Of a DNA stretch of 64,000 nt, positions 53,565 through 63,168 are shown in pieces. Under the pieces are notes generated by a model. The model did no database searches. It was not told the origin of the DNA and saw only the letters and a list, made by a program, of their open reading frames with translations. The stretch spans positions 12,180 through 76,179 of IMG/VR virus record IMGVR_UViG_3300026432_000013; one strand, written 5' to 3'. Both the position numbers and the translations under genes were made by a program. Source of the stretch: a virus. Lineage: Duplodnaviria; Caudoviricetes. Numbering within the stretch: the first letter of the stretch is position 1; each line of letters starts with the position of its first letter.

Positions 53565-53703
53565 CTAAATCATCTCCATTTTTATATTTTCTAGCTACTT
53601 CTTTTTGGAAGCGAGCTACATCCATATGGTATTTACGGATGTAGACTCGGAACCAAAATGCTTTCCAGTACTCAATGGTGTATATATCCCACCAATTTCT
53701 CAC

Positions 53704-53985
53704 TTAATCTACTACAACCCAATCCTCTGCTAGAGCATCAGACCCACTAGGTGCCCACGGAGATACATCTCCTTGTGCGGTTTTAATTGCAAGATATTCA
53801 CGATATGGTACGTCCTTACCACCAAATGCCTCTTTTGCAACCTCTGTTACAGGAGGGTAAGAAGCGGCAGGCACATAGTATACAAACATACCCTTTCCAT
53901 TCCATCCCTCACGTGCTACCTTACAACCACTCTTTGCCATAAACACTGCTCCACCAATGTCCATCTTGCTACCTAGAATTTCCAT
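53704..53985 (-). CDS. tad2: DUF2829 protein, Tad2-like anti-Thoeris signal sponge
   Basis: KVAR.GWNGKGMF, YLAIKTA.G...PW.PS.SD.LAEDW. Confidence 0.8.
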   Translation of the reverse strand: MEILGSKMDIGGAVFMAKSGCKVAREGWNGKGMFVYYVPAASYPPVTEVAKEAFGGKDVPYREYLAIKTAQGDVSPWAPSGSDALAEDWVVVD

Positions 53986-53986
53986 A

Positions 53987-54583
53987 TTAGTTTCCTCCTC
54001 CTAAGTTACGTTCTTTACTACCAAAGCCTTCCTGACCACGTGCAGTGTTGCCTGCATATTCAAGGAACTCACCGTATGTAGCGAAGCCCTTAGGTGTAAC
54101 TTTAGTGTAACGCTTGATAACCATTTGTGCCAGTTCATCGTAGTTAGCTACACGAACTGTTTCAGTACCAACGTTGTGTAAAGCTAAACGAATATTACCA
54201 CGAAATGGCTCATCAATAGTGCGACACAATAGAGTCATTTTCAACTTAGATGTACCTGAACGTGTGTCCAGCATACCATAATGACTTTGTGGGATAGCCA
54301 TGTGAATACCAGTCTTTAGAGTATAGCTACATCCTGGGTGAATGTCTACAAACCCTTCAGTACTGAATTCACCGTCAAGTAAACGCTCATCAAAGATAGG
54401 TAAATCAATACCTGCATCTCCATCGTGGTGATACTTTAGTTGATACCCTGGGATATCAGAGAAGTATGGTAATTCTGGTTGACCTAGCATCATGTCCTTA
54501 AATGAGGTAAACTCCTGTTGCGTTTGTCTTAGTGCTGATTCTAAGTCTAGCACCGTTTTCTCTAAATTTGTTAATCTGTCCAT
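53987..54583 (-). CDS. dut: Trimeric dUTPase
   Basis: GDAGIDL, TRSGTS, IDEPFRG, LAQMV, RGQEGFGS; N-terminal coiled coil. Confidence 0.9.
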   Translation of the reverse strand: MDRLTNLEKTVLDLESALRQTQQEFTSFKDMMLGQPELPYFSDIPGYQLKYHHDGDAGIDLPIFDERLLDGEFSTEGFVDIHPGCSYTLKTGIHMAIPQSHYGMLDTRSGTSKLKMTLLCRTIDEPFRGNIRLALHNVGTETVRVANYDELAQMVIKRYTKVTPKGFATYGEFLEYAGNTARGQEGFGSKERNLGGGN

Positions 54584-54615
54584 GTTCTTGTCCTCCTTGA
54601 ATGCTTGTTCGACTT

Positions 54616-54646
54616 AAAAAAACCCTCCCACAAAAACTCGTCTCCC
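54616..54646 (-). promoter_or_regulatory. Middle promoter
   Basis: GGGAGAcgA-15-TTTTTTT AAGTC. Confidence 0.7.
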
Positions 54647-54648
54647 TG

Positions 54649-55683
54649 CTATAACCACCCTCTGATTCGGCATTTAACCTCGAATAGAGGGGAGTATTTC
54701 ATTGCCCCTTCTATCACTTCTAGACAACCTCTAGCACCAATCCCATTTGGGTCAGCTTCCTTATGGGGCATTCTACAAACGTACACATCGTCAAAATGCT
54801 TATACAGGCGTTTTGCAATTCTTATTGCGTACTCAAAAGCATCACCATCCAGCATAATGTATATAACGTCTATCTTGTCTTTGTTCATTACCAGTTTCAT
54901 AAACTGTGTATCAGACATAACCTTTCCATGAATAGCTGCTCCGCTATCACCTATTGTGTATGCATCCATTTTACCCTCACAGATAACTGCAACTCCATTG
55001 TCCAGTATTAAGTCAATGTTAGACACAATCTCTGATTTACTTACTGCCATCATTCCTTGGTCTATCTGTTCCTCTGTTAGGGATGGGTTCATTACCTTTC
55101 TGTAATGCTTCTTCAGAAGCTTTATTTTAGGTGCTGGGTCTATTGTCCTTGCCTGCCAGTATATGAGTTCATAATCTTCAAAGTCAGGCATGATGATACG
55201 TCTATCGTATTGACCCCCATCACAATATCCCATTGAATAACGCTCTGCCATACTAAGAGTCAGTCCCCTGCTCCTAATATACTTGACCACCTCTTTTCCT
55301 AGTTTTCCCCTAGCTTCTTCTATTGGGACAAACTCGTCAGGTAAAGGGTGTATAGTCTTAACTATCTCAATCTCTGGTGCCTTATACAATCTCTTGTATA
55401 TCTCTTCCTCTAGGTCATCTGGTAGCTCTTGCTCATACCCATCATATTCTCTGAATATATCCAGTGCTTCCTTGTATGAAATCTGTGTATAATCTGCTAT
55501 AAGTGAGATTAAAGTACCAGTTGCATCACAGTTATGACAGAAGTATACCTTCCTGTTCACATTGACAAACATCCTGTCTCTATGGTCTTTACAGAAGGGA
55601 CACTGGTAGCTGTACTGGTCACCCTTCTCGGTCTTATGGTAATTACCCTCTCCTAGTGATCCGTCTAGGTAGTCTGTTATCAT
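54649..55683 (-). CDS. dnaG: DNA primase
   Basis: CPFC..CHNC Zn finger, Y..SRG, RIIMP, ICEGKMD, MLDGD Toprim. Confidence 0.92.
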   Translation of the reverse strand: MITDYLDGSLGEGNYHKTEKGDQYSYQCPFCKDHRDRMFVNVNRKVYFCHNCDATGTLISLIADYTQISYKEALDIFREYDGYEQELPDDLEEEIYKRLYKAPEIEIVKTIHPLPDEFVPIEEARGKLGKEVVKYIRSRGLTLSMAERYSMGYCDGGQYDRRIIMPDFEDYELIYWQARTIDPAPKIKLLKKHYRKVMNPSLTEEQIDQGMMAVSKSEIVSNIDLILDNGVAVICEGKMDAYTIGDSGAAIHGKVMSDTQFMKLVMNKDKIDVIYIMLDGDAFEYAIRIAKRLYKHFDDVYVCRMPHKEADPNGIGARGCLEVIEGAMKYSPLFEVKCRIRGWL

Positions 55684-55716
55684 CTATATCACCTCTCATG
55701 AAAAAGACTCTCACCT

Positions 55717-55748
55717 AATTAAAGGCAAGAGTCTGGAAATCGTCTCCT
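55717..55748 (-). promoter_or_regulatory. Middle promoter
   Basis: TtAGGAGAcgA-16-TTTAATT. Confidence 0.7.
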
Positions 55749-55760
55749 AAGTATTAATTG

Positions 55761-55973
55761 TTACATTGGTGCAACATCGCTCATATCTTTTACTGCAAAG
55801 TACCTGTGCTTCTTCTTATCGAAATCATATGCATATAACAACATCTGATACTCTGGGTGCCAATCAGTCTTACCCCAGTAGAACCCTGTTACCCTCACAT
55901 AACGCCTAGCCTTCTCCCCACGCCAGTTAATGTATACAAAACTCACTTCATCATCTAAGTGCAGGTTTATCAT
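55761..55973 (-). CDS. Standalone WYL-like domain protein
   Basis: F.Y.NWRGE...R.V......G.T.WHPE.Q.LL.AYD.DK...R.F. Confidence 0.7.
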   Translation of the reverse strand: MINLHLDDEVSFVYINWRGEKARRYVRVTGFYWGKTDWHPEYQMLLYAYDFDKKKHRYFAVKDMSDVAPM

Positions 55974-56218
55974 CTTGCATCCTCCCCTACAGCTATTCCT
56001 CTACCTACTGTAAATGTTCTCACGACATCCATTCCTGCATACTGAGCTATATCTGGTAAGGGTTCAGTCGTCTTGCTTATCTTTCTACAACTATCTAGTA
56101 ACTCCTCATAGGTTCCGTTATCTAATATAACATAATCAGGATTCCTATACTTCTTTATATGAAAGTCATGGACTTCCTTCATAATACGTCTCTCAATGTC
56201 ATATCCATTAGCATCCAA
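55970..56218 (-). CDS. Hypothetical protein
   Basis: ORF; paralogue of the upstream ORF. Confidence 0.65.
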   Translation of the reverse strand: MDANGYDIERRIMKEVHDFHIKKYRNPDYVILDNGTYEELLDSCRKISKTTEPLPDIAQYAGMDVVRTFTVGRGIAVGEDAR

Positions 56219-56541
56219 TTTGTATTCCCTCCCCTCTTCCGTATACCACTATTATAGGTAGGTTATTGAACATTAAACGAGTAGGCAAGTTGTGGTCAAG
56301 GGGCACAGGATTAGCTATGCTTTTCATAACACTAAGCTTTGTTTTAGTGTTTTCATCCATTATAACATATCTTGCCTTCCTACCAGTGATTGTTTCAAAC
56401 TCCCCTATCTTTCTATAGATGACACACTCTATCTCCCTGACAATTGCACTAGCCTTTAGTCTCCCCTCTGCTTTCTCAAGGTACTTAGATATAGGCTTAT
56501 CTAAACCTGGTAATGTGAGGGCATGTTTAGACCTTCCACTA
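56208..56541 (-). CDS. Hypothetical protein, start codon unresolved
   Basis: Open frame similar to 55970..56218, but no well-placed start codon after the sbcC stop. Confidence 0.5.
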
Positions 56542-58455
56542 TTATGCTGCAAATTCAAGCACCACCGTTCTACCGTCCTCTTTAACCACATTGAGGTACT
56601 TATTAAACAACTGTTTAAGATGTTCATTATGAGTGATAACAATAACTGTACCAAAGATTTTAGCCTTCTCTTGTAGAAGTTCAATAACAGTGTTACAACC
56701 GATTTCATCTAGACCATCGAATACCTCATCATATACGATGATGTCCAGTTTCTTATTAGACCTAGATGACACAAGGTCTTGCAGAGCCATGTTAATAGCA
56801 ACGTCAACCCTACGTTTTTCACCATTACTGTTACCCTTGTACTCATCATCACCGTGAATGTTAGTGACCTTTACGGAGAACTTATCTTTAATCTTACCAT
56901 TTTTAAGCTTCTCTTGTGTAGTAAATTCAACCTCAATAGTTGATTCAGTTAGCTTAGATAGATAGTAGTTTGCACGTTCATTAAGGAATGGAGTCACACT
57001 GTCCAGTAGGACTGACTTGATACCTTGGTTACTGAAGCCATTAACCCAGAATTCATACTTCTTAGCCATAGCCATGTGCTCTTCCATCTTCTTGTTAGTC
57101 TCTTGTATCTTAGCTTCCAGAACCTTAGCGTCCTCTATGTTCTTCTCAATAATCTCTGTAAACGTAGAGTTCTTTAGGTCTTCCTGCTCTTTTATCTGTC
57201 TCTTGATACTAGCGATTGATTTCTCAATAGAAGCCTTCTTGCTATCAATTGACTTAATTTCACTATTGGTTTCTGCCAGTTCTGTACGTAGGTCATTTAG
57301 ACTTACCTCTAGAGGTTTCTTCTTCTCTAGCTTCTTGTTAGTGGCTTTCAAATAACCAATCATTTCTTCCAAATCGTCTTCCGCTTCTTCTCGCTCTTTC
57401 TTGTTTTTGTCTATATCACTTTGTAGGTGATTTTCGATTGCGGTTGTGTCTTCCAAAGGAAGCGCTTGCCCACATGCAGAACAGTTTTCTGGTATGTCTC
57501 TTTTGTTCTTGACGTCATCTAGTTGTTTTTCTGTCTTCTTAATATGCTTGTTATATCTATCAATCTCTTTCTCTAAGGCGTTAATAGTGCCTAGTAGTTC
57601 TGTCTTCTGCTTCTCAGTTGTCTCGTATGAAGCCAGACCCTTCTCTACGTCAGCTATTAATCCTTTTACTTCTTCCTTATCTTCCTCTAAGTCCTTGGTA
57701 CTGGGCTGTAGACTTAATTGGTCTTCTGTCTCTTCTAGCTCTTTATTAAGTTCACCAATACGTACATCTACAGTCTTCTCTAGTGCTGCTTCCTTATTCT
57801 GTAAGTCTTCAATAGTGGTTCTGATAGTAGATAGACCAGTTTGAGTGGCTTGTATGTCAGAATTAAGCTTAGAGATTTCCATCTCTTCTTTAGCTAATCC
57901 CTTTTTAGCTTCTTCCTGCATATCCTTGAATAGCTCAATTTGTAGCATTCTTTCTAGAACCTGCTTTTGGGTAGCATCTGTTGCTAGGGCGAACATAGTA
58001 TCTGCACCTTGACCAAACATGATAGAATTAGAGAACGTTACAAAGTCCATACCGATAATGTCCTCAATCATCTTATCTGTATCAGTGTCACTCTTGCCTG
58101 TTATATTCTCACCATTTCTATATAGAAGAACATGGTTCTTATATTCTCGATGCTTACGATGGCGAACAATCTGGTATTCGTCTCCCATATCATCATAGAT
58201 TTTTAGAGACACCCTTGTATCCTTTTCAGCAATACGGTTAACCACCTTGTCAGGCTTAAATCCACGGATTGTCTTACCATAGATACACCATGTTGGGGAT
58301 TCAGACACTAAAGTAGACTTACCTGACCCATTGCTATCAAAAGCTGTAGAGTCCTTATTGTCTCCCTGTACAAGCACTAACCCCTTATTAGAGAGGTCTA
58401 TTGATGCTTCTTGAATAGATAGAAAATTCTGTACTTCTAATTCACCTAGTCTCAT
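56542..58455 (-). CDS. sbcC: SbcC/Rad50-like SMC ATPase
   Basis: NFLSI, NGSGKS, coiled coil with central CSAC hook, SNGEKRR signature, YDE Walker B, ITH. Confidence 0.93.
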   Translation of the reverse strand: MRLGELEVQNFLSIQEASIDLSNKGLVLVQGDNKDSTAFDSNGSGKSTLVSESPTWCIYGKTIRGFKPDKVVNRIAEKDTRVSLKIYDDMGDEYQIVRHRKHREYKNHVLLYRNGENITGKSDTDTDKMIEDIIGMDFVTFSNSIMFGQGADTMFALATDATQKQVLERMLQIELFKDMQEEAKKGLAKEEMEISKLNSDIQATQTGLSTIRTTIEDLQNKEAALEKTVDVRIGELNKELEETEDQLSLQPSTKDLEEDKEEVKGLIADVEKGLASYETTEKQKTELLGTINALEKEIDRYNKHIKKTEKQLDDVKNKRDIPENCSACGQALPLEDTTAIENHLQSDIDKNKKEREEAEDDLEEMIGYLKATNKKLEKKKPLEVSLNDLRTELAETNSEIKSIDSKKASIEKSIASIKRQIKEQEDLKNSTFTEIIEKNIEDAKVLEAKIQETNKKMEEHMAMAKKYEFWVNGFSNQGIKSVLLDSVTPFLNERANYYLSKLTESTIEVEFTTQEKLKNGKIKDKFSVKVTNIHGDDEYKGNSNGEKRRVDVAINMALQDLVSSRSNKKLDIIVYDEVFDGLDEIGCNTVIELLQEKAKIFGTVIVITHNEHLKQLFNKYLNVVKEDGRTVVLEFAA

Positions 58456-58550
58456 TCCTCTTCCTCCTTGTTACTCTTAGACTCAATAACTACTCCTACA
58501 AGTTCCAGAATGGCTACGACCACTTCAGCTATAACCTCTCCAATTATCAT
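58452..58550 (-). CDS. 32-aa hydrophobic micro-protein (not in ORF track)
   Basis: SD GGAAGGTG; stop overlaps the sbcC ATG. Confidence 0.5.
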   Translation of the reverse strand: MIIGEVIAEVVVAILELVGVVIESKSNKEEEE

Positions 58551-58621
58551 TCTATCACCTTCCCGTATGTCGTTCGCCCTTCACAAATAAAAAAGAAAGC
58601 GATTGAGAATTTTCTCAACCG

Positions 58622-58864
58622 CTACTTTAGGACTCCCCATTCTCTAAATCTATTGACTATTATACCGAATTTACGCTTCAAGCCATCTGCATTGTCTTTT
58701 CTAGCAGCGTGGTACAGAAACTCCTCAGGTATTTTTGTCTCTAGGGCTTCCCACTTTTTATTTAACATCTTGGCATGTCTTACCATACTCTTTTGAAACA
58801 TTTCTGCTTCTATAGGGTTTAGTTCCACGATGACTTTACCTTTATCCTGTTTAACTATCTTCAC
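58622..58864 (-). CDS. Hypothetical protein
   Basis: GTG start with SD GGAGGG. Confidence 0.6.
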   Translation of the reverse strand: MKIVKQDKGKVIVELNPIEAEMFQKSMVRHAKMLNKKWEALETKIPEEFLYHAARKDNADGLKRKFGIIVNRFREWGVLK

Positions 58865-58865
58865 C

Positions 58866-59246
58866 TTAACCCCTCCGTTTCTTACCACCTCTAGGTTTAG
58901 CTGGAGCTGGCATAACCACTTTCTTAAGGTCTGCTGTAGGCACATCATCAAACCATAAATCGTTATACTTGTTTACATAGAACTCTCCAGTGTTGCCCCA
59001 ACCACACCAACCAGTACAGTTGAAGTTAGTATCTGAACGCTTTTTCTTGTAGATGGTGTACTCTGCACACCAGGGACACCATATAAGTTTCTCATTATTT
59101 TGTAATTTCCTAGTAAGTCTAGGAGGTCTCTCATCCTCTGGTTTAGGGAATGCAAACCACTTACCGTTCCCTATACCGTGGTCTGTGAAATATGTTATAG
59201 CTTTACGTTTGACTTTAACAGGTTGACGTACACATGTAGTACACAT
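58866..59246 (-). CDS. Zn-finger basic protein
   Basis: CPWC..CTGWCG. Confidence 0.7.
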   Translation of the reverse strand: MCTTCVRQPVKVKRKAITYFTDHGIGNGKWFAFPKPEDERPPRLTRKLQNNEKLIWCPWCAEYTIYKKKRSDTNFNCTGWCGWGNTGEFYVNKYNDLWFDDVPTADLKKVVMPAPAKPRGGKKRRG

Positions 59247-59249
59247 CAG

Positions 59250-60308
59250 TTACACCCCTTTCGCTTGCTGTACCCTTTGAAGTATTTCTAACCCTAGCTC
59301 CAAAGCATCTGGGTCATATTCTTCAGCGTACTTAGTTATAATATCCTCAAAGCTCATTCCTATTTTAACAGGGACTCTTAGCTCTTCCTTGTATTCTTTC
59401 TTTAGGATGACCTTATACAACAAGTTCACAGGAGCTACTGATGATAGCCATGCTGCATCTTCAGCATTTAGCTCAAAGCGTAGATAGTTACCCAGTCTAG
59501 CATGTTCTTCCAATACCGCTCCATCCATGATAGCGTCTCTGTCTAAGGTTAGGAATTTAGGATTAGGGATAGGTATCAGCTTAGTATCAAAGCGTTTGCT
59601 AGTGTCTGCTACTACAAAGCCCTTGTCCTCTCCTTCATCTCCATGACTATGCTCTAGTGGAGAGCCAACATACATTACATGAGGGTGACCTCCTAGTAGT
59701 TGATACATATGGAAGTGACCCAAGAATACATATTTGAACAGGTCAGGTCTCAAGTCCTCTACAGTAAAGGCATCAGCCATAGGGAAGTTACCATTACCTA
59801 CGAACCCACCACTGATTCCCATGTGTCCTAATAGGATAGGATTCTCTAAGTCAGTAGGTATAGACTCAAGGAAGGTCTTAATCATCTGTGCATTCTTGCT
59901 ATAAGGTACACACACTACATCAGCGTCCCCAAACTTCACTATGCGGTAGTCATCAACAACTGTTATGTTGTCTAACTCTCTAAACGAGTGTAGTGAGTGT
60001 TGTGGGAAGTCACTGTTATCTATTTGGTCATGGTTACCAGGAATCATCAGCACCTCAATACCTGCTTCACCTATAGCCTTAATTTCATCACGTAGACTAT
60101 TGTAAACCACTGTATGTACTCTTGCTCTCTGGTGGTATAAGTCTCCTGCAAACATCATGTGCTTAATACCGTTAGCTAAACAGTACTCTTTCTTGTATCG
60201 TAAAGATAGAATAATTCTATCTAATCGTGTAGACCCTGTAAGGTCAGATGGTTTATTGTGCTCTGGGTATATGTGTCCATGCACGTCTGCTGATATTGCG
60301 TACTTCAT
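59250..60308 (-). CDS. sbcD: SbcD/Mre11-like metallophosphoesterase nuclease
   Basis: ADVH, AGDLY, PGNHD, GH, LGHFH, YVGSP...GD. Confidence 0.93.
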   Translation of the reverse strand: MKYAISADVHGHIYPEHNKPSDLTGSTRLDRIILSLRYKKEYCLANGIKHMMFAGDLYHQRARVHTVVYNSLRDEIKAIGEAGIEVLMIPGNHDQIDNSDFPQHSLHSFRELDNITVVDDYRIVKFGDADVVCVPYSKNAQMIKTFLESIPTDLENPILLGHMGISGGFVGNGNFPMADAFTVEDLRPDLFKYVFLGHFHMYQLLGGHPHVMYVGSPLEHSHGDEGEDKGFVVADTSKRFDTKLIPIPNPKFLTLDRDAIMDGAVLEEHARLGNYLRFELNAEDAAWLSSVAPVNLLYKVILKKEYKEELRVPVKIGMSFEDIITKYAEEYDPDALELGLEILQRVQQAKGV

Positions 60309-60319
60309 GGTATCATCTC

Positions 60320-60679
60320 CTATTTATTGTAGTAATTTGTTATATATTCTATAGGCTCTGGGTCTGGCTCAACCTTTAAGCCTAGAGTCATGAATACTGT
60401 AAAAATTGCCCTTGCGTAGCCTAAATTCCAGTAGGCATTTATGGAGTTTTCTTTCCACTCTTTCCTACACTCTTCAATGATGGACAAAGGAACATCTACT
60501 ACAATCTCACCTGGCTCATGGATAAACTCTTCTATGTGTAGCTTGCGTACTACCCATCCTAAGCCAGCCTTTATACCCCAGTCTGTAGCACTTCTGTCTT
60601 CTACATCTGACCACGCTTCAACAAAACTTTTAATAGTCCCCTTACGTATCTCGTTTAACTCAATACGCACCATACTCAT
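60320..60679 (-). CDS. Hypothetical protein
   Basis: SD AGGAGGGG. Confidence 0.7.
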   Translation of the reverse strand: MSMVRIELNEIRKGTIKSFVEAWSDVEDRSATDWGIKAGLGWVVRKLHIEEFIHEPGEIVVDVPLSIIEECRKEWKENSINAYWNLGYARAIFTVFMTLGLKVEPDPEPIEYITNYYNK

Positions 60680-60690
60680 CTTGACCCCTC

Positions 60691-61242
60691 CTATTTATAT
60701 TGTATTGGTTCTGCCTCTTCTACAGTAAAACCAAAGTCCTCTATTAAACCTCTCAAAATGCTCAGATGACACACAGGTCGCTTACGATGATCACAGTAAC
60801 AAGCTATCGCCACTGTCTTACCTTCTGTCAACCAATAAATAACCTCGCTAAACTGACTAAAGAAGTCTCCACGCTCTTCCCATTCAGCTAGTAGGCTTTC
60901 AGTGTAGCGTTCAAACCACCCATCCAGTCTACCTTTTCTATTATGCTCCTTGGTGAACGTGACAAGCTCTCTAGTAGGTGCTAGTCCTGGCTTATGCTCC
61001 CACCACTGGAAATAAGTTCTACCCTTAGGTTTCCCTACTGCTAACAGTTGTACGTCAGCATCAGGCATAACCGTCCTTCCATGAATAGTACACAAGAGAA
61101 CCTTGCCCCTTCCCTTTAAAGAAAGGGATTCTTTGAATTCCTTCTCCGTGGTATCTTTTAAGCATCTTAAACAACGATAGAGGTTACCACTGTTGATAAC
61201 CTCTACGTTGTGTCCACGCTTTTTACAACTTGGACAATTCAT
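60691..61242 (-). CDS. Zn-finger plus DUF488-like protein
   Basis: CPSC..CLRC; LAPT.EL, F.RY...L, V.IACYC...CHL.IL. Confidence 0.7.
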   Translation of the reverse strand: MNCPSCKKRGHNVEVINSGNLYRCLRCLKDTTEKEFKESLSLKGRGKVLLCTIHGRTVMPDADVQLLAVGKPKGRTYFQWWEHKPGLAPTRELVTFTKEHNRKGRLDGWFERYTESLLAEWEERGDFFSQFSEVIYWLTEGKTVAIACYCDHRKRPVCHLSILRGLIEDFGFTVEEAEPIQYK

Positions 61243-61245
61243 TAT

Positions 61246-61461
61246 TTATTCCTCCAGTCTAAATGTGTTAATAGGTAAAGAGCCAATCCCCGTACCATAA
61301 CTAACAGTTTTACTGTATCTGATACGTTCCTTCTTTAGGTAGTCCTCAAAGTGGGCTGATTCAGTTCTCATAGTTATATCGTAACTATCAACTGTTCCCT
61401 CTCTTATCATACCTACGATAGCTGCAAAGTGTTCCTTTAGAGTAGTTCCATGTTCTAACAT
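61246..61461 (-). CDS. Hypothetical protein
   Basis: ORF with SD. Confidence 0.6.
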   Translation of the reverse strand: MLEHGTTLKEHFAAIVGMIREGTVDSYDITMRTESAHFEDYLKKERIRYSKTVSYGTGIGSLPINTFRLEE

Positions 61462-61464
61462 TGA

Positions 61465-61755
61465 CTATTCCCCTTTCCCCCAGTAAACAGTACCACACTC
61501 ACCACAACCACCCACATAGTATATACCCTCAGTAGTTTTAATAGCATTCATTATAACTCTATTAAAGATAGGATTTGTTACCTCACCTGCCAGAATAGAA
61601 TTAACATTTATGCTCTTAGAGTAACACTTAGAGCATGGAGTCTCCACAACCATAGGGTTGTGATGGATATTTCCTAGAAAACTCCAGTAGTTTAAGTCTG
61701 CTCCCTCTTTACCTAGTAGTTTTAATGGTGGTACCTTCTCCGTCACTATTCCCAT
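61465..61755 (-). CDS. Zn-finger hypothetical protein
   Basis: CSKC..CGEC. Confidence 0.65.
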   Translation of the reverse strand: MGIVTEKVPPLKLLGKEGADLNYWSFLGNIHHNPMVVETPCSKCYSKSINVNSILAGEVTNPIFNRVIMNAIKTTEGIYYVGGCGECGTVYWGKGE

Positions 61756-61766
61756 ATAAATCCTCC

Positions 61767-63098
61767 CTATTCGTATGAACTCAAGGTCATCGTAGCGTAG
61801 TCTATTTCATTATTGATGGATATATTGGCTTCACCATCCCTGTGTTTAGAGATATAGATACGCATTTCGCCATCTTCTTTTTCTTCCGTAGTCTGACATA
61901 GAGCCATCATAAAGTCTGCAATGTTAGCTTTATTGAATGCCTCTGCTAAGTCACCAATTGTGATAACCTTCTTGTCTAGTGCTCCACGGTTAGCCTGTGA
62001 TGCAGTCCACACTGGACAGTCATACTCAGCTGCTAAGTCACGTAAGTCTAAGTACACAGACTCTAATTCGAAACGCTTGTCAGCGTAGGTTCTACGTGGT
62101 TGTACAAGGTCACCGTAATCGACAATAATAACGTCAGGCTTAATGCCTTTCTCCATCCATAACCTAGTAAGGTATGAACGCATTGTGTGTACCGTACAAT
62201 CATTAGTCTTGTACTTCTTAACGAACAGTTGACCTCTCTTAGTCTTCTGCATATTCATAATCGCTTTAAGTATCTTGTCTGGGTTATCTTTCATATACTC
62301 GAATGATTTACCCATTAAGCGTTGGTCATAACGCTTAGTAACCTGTTTCTCTGGCATCTCTAGTGTGAAGTGTACTACGTTGTAACCTTCTAGTACTGCT
62401 CCTGCACCAATGTTAATCAATGCAATAGATTTACCACGGTTAGGAGGTGCGATAACAACCCCTAGTTCTCCTCCACCAAGACCCCCATGTAGAATATTAT
62501 CTACACCAGATATCCCTGTTGGAATCCTACGAACACCATCCGTACCCTCACGATAGTTCTCAATACGTTCTTGAGCATTGGAGTAGTAATCTGTACCCAA
62601 GTCACCAATGTCTTCACCTATTCTAAGAGCTTTACCTACCAGGTCTTCTATCTTATTGAAATCCTCTGATGTACCCTTTTCCAGCAACCCTACAGAGTCC
62701 CAGATAGCCTGTTCAATTGCAGAACGCCTACCAAATGCAATAACATTGTCCTTTATATACTCCGCATCTGACAGGTCAGCATCAAATATATCCAGTATAC
62801 AATCTTCATACTGGTCTTTTATCTTAGCTTTGAGTTTATTATTCTTGGTAAGTTTCCTTACCTCTTCCCAAAGTACCTCTGTAGTTGGAGGGTTAACGTC
62901 AGTGCCTTTCTTAGTAGCACGGTCTGACTCTTTCTCATAGTGTTCTTGAATGATACGAGCCATGTCAATATGAATGTCTTTCCTAAGAAACTTAGGTTTT
63001 AGTACTTCTCTAAATGTAATGTAGAAAACTTTGTCACGTGCCATTAGTGCCAGTATCTTAGACTGGAACGATTCTGAAAATTCATATGTTTCAGGCAT
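61767..63098 (-). CDS. dnaB: DnaB-like replicative helicase
   Basis: APPNRGKS, FTLEM, IVDYGDL, TASQANR, K.RDGE. Confidence 0.93.
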   Translation of the reverse strand: MPETYEFSESFQSKILALMARDKVFYITFREVLKPKFLRKDIHIDMARIIQEHYEKESDRATKKGTDVNPPTTEVLWEEVRKLTKNNKLKAKIKDQYEDCILDIFDADLSDAEYIKDNVIAFGRRSAIEQAIWDSVGLLEKGTSEDFNKIEDLVGKALRIGEDIGDLGTDYYSNAQERIENYREGTDGVRRIPTGISGVDNILHGGLGGGELGVVIAPPNRGKSIALINIGAGAVLEGYNVVHFTLEMPEKQVTKRYDQRLMGKSFEYMKDNPDKILKAIMNMQKTKRGQLFVKKYKTNDCTVHTMRSYLTRLWMEKGIKPDVIIVDYGDLVQPRRTYADKRFELESVYLDLRDLAAEYDCPVWTASQANRGALDKKVITIGDLAEAFNKANIADFMMALCQTTEEKEDGEMRIYISKHRDGEANISINNEIDYATMTLSSYE

Positions 63099-63134
63099 GC
63101 AATATGCTACCCCCTTCAAACTGTCCTCCGACTT

Positions 63135-63166
63135 AATAAAAGAGAAGACCCCAAAAGTCCTCTCTT
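63135..63166 (-). promoter_or_regulatory. Middle promoter overlapping a terminator-like hairpin
   Basis: AAGAGAggA-16-TTTTATT AAGTC. Confidence 0.6.
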
Positions 63167-63168
63167 GC

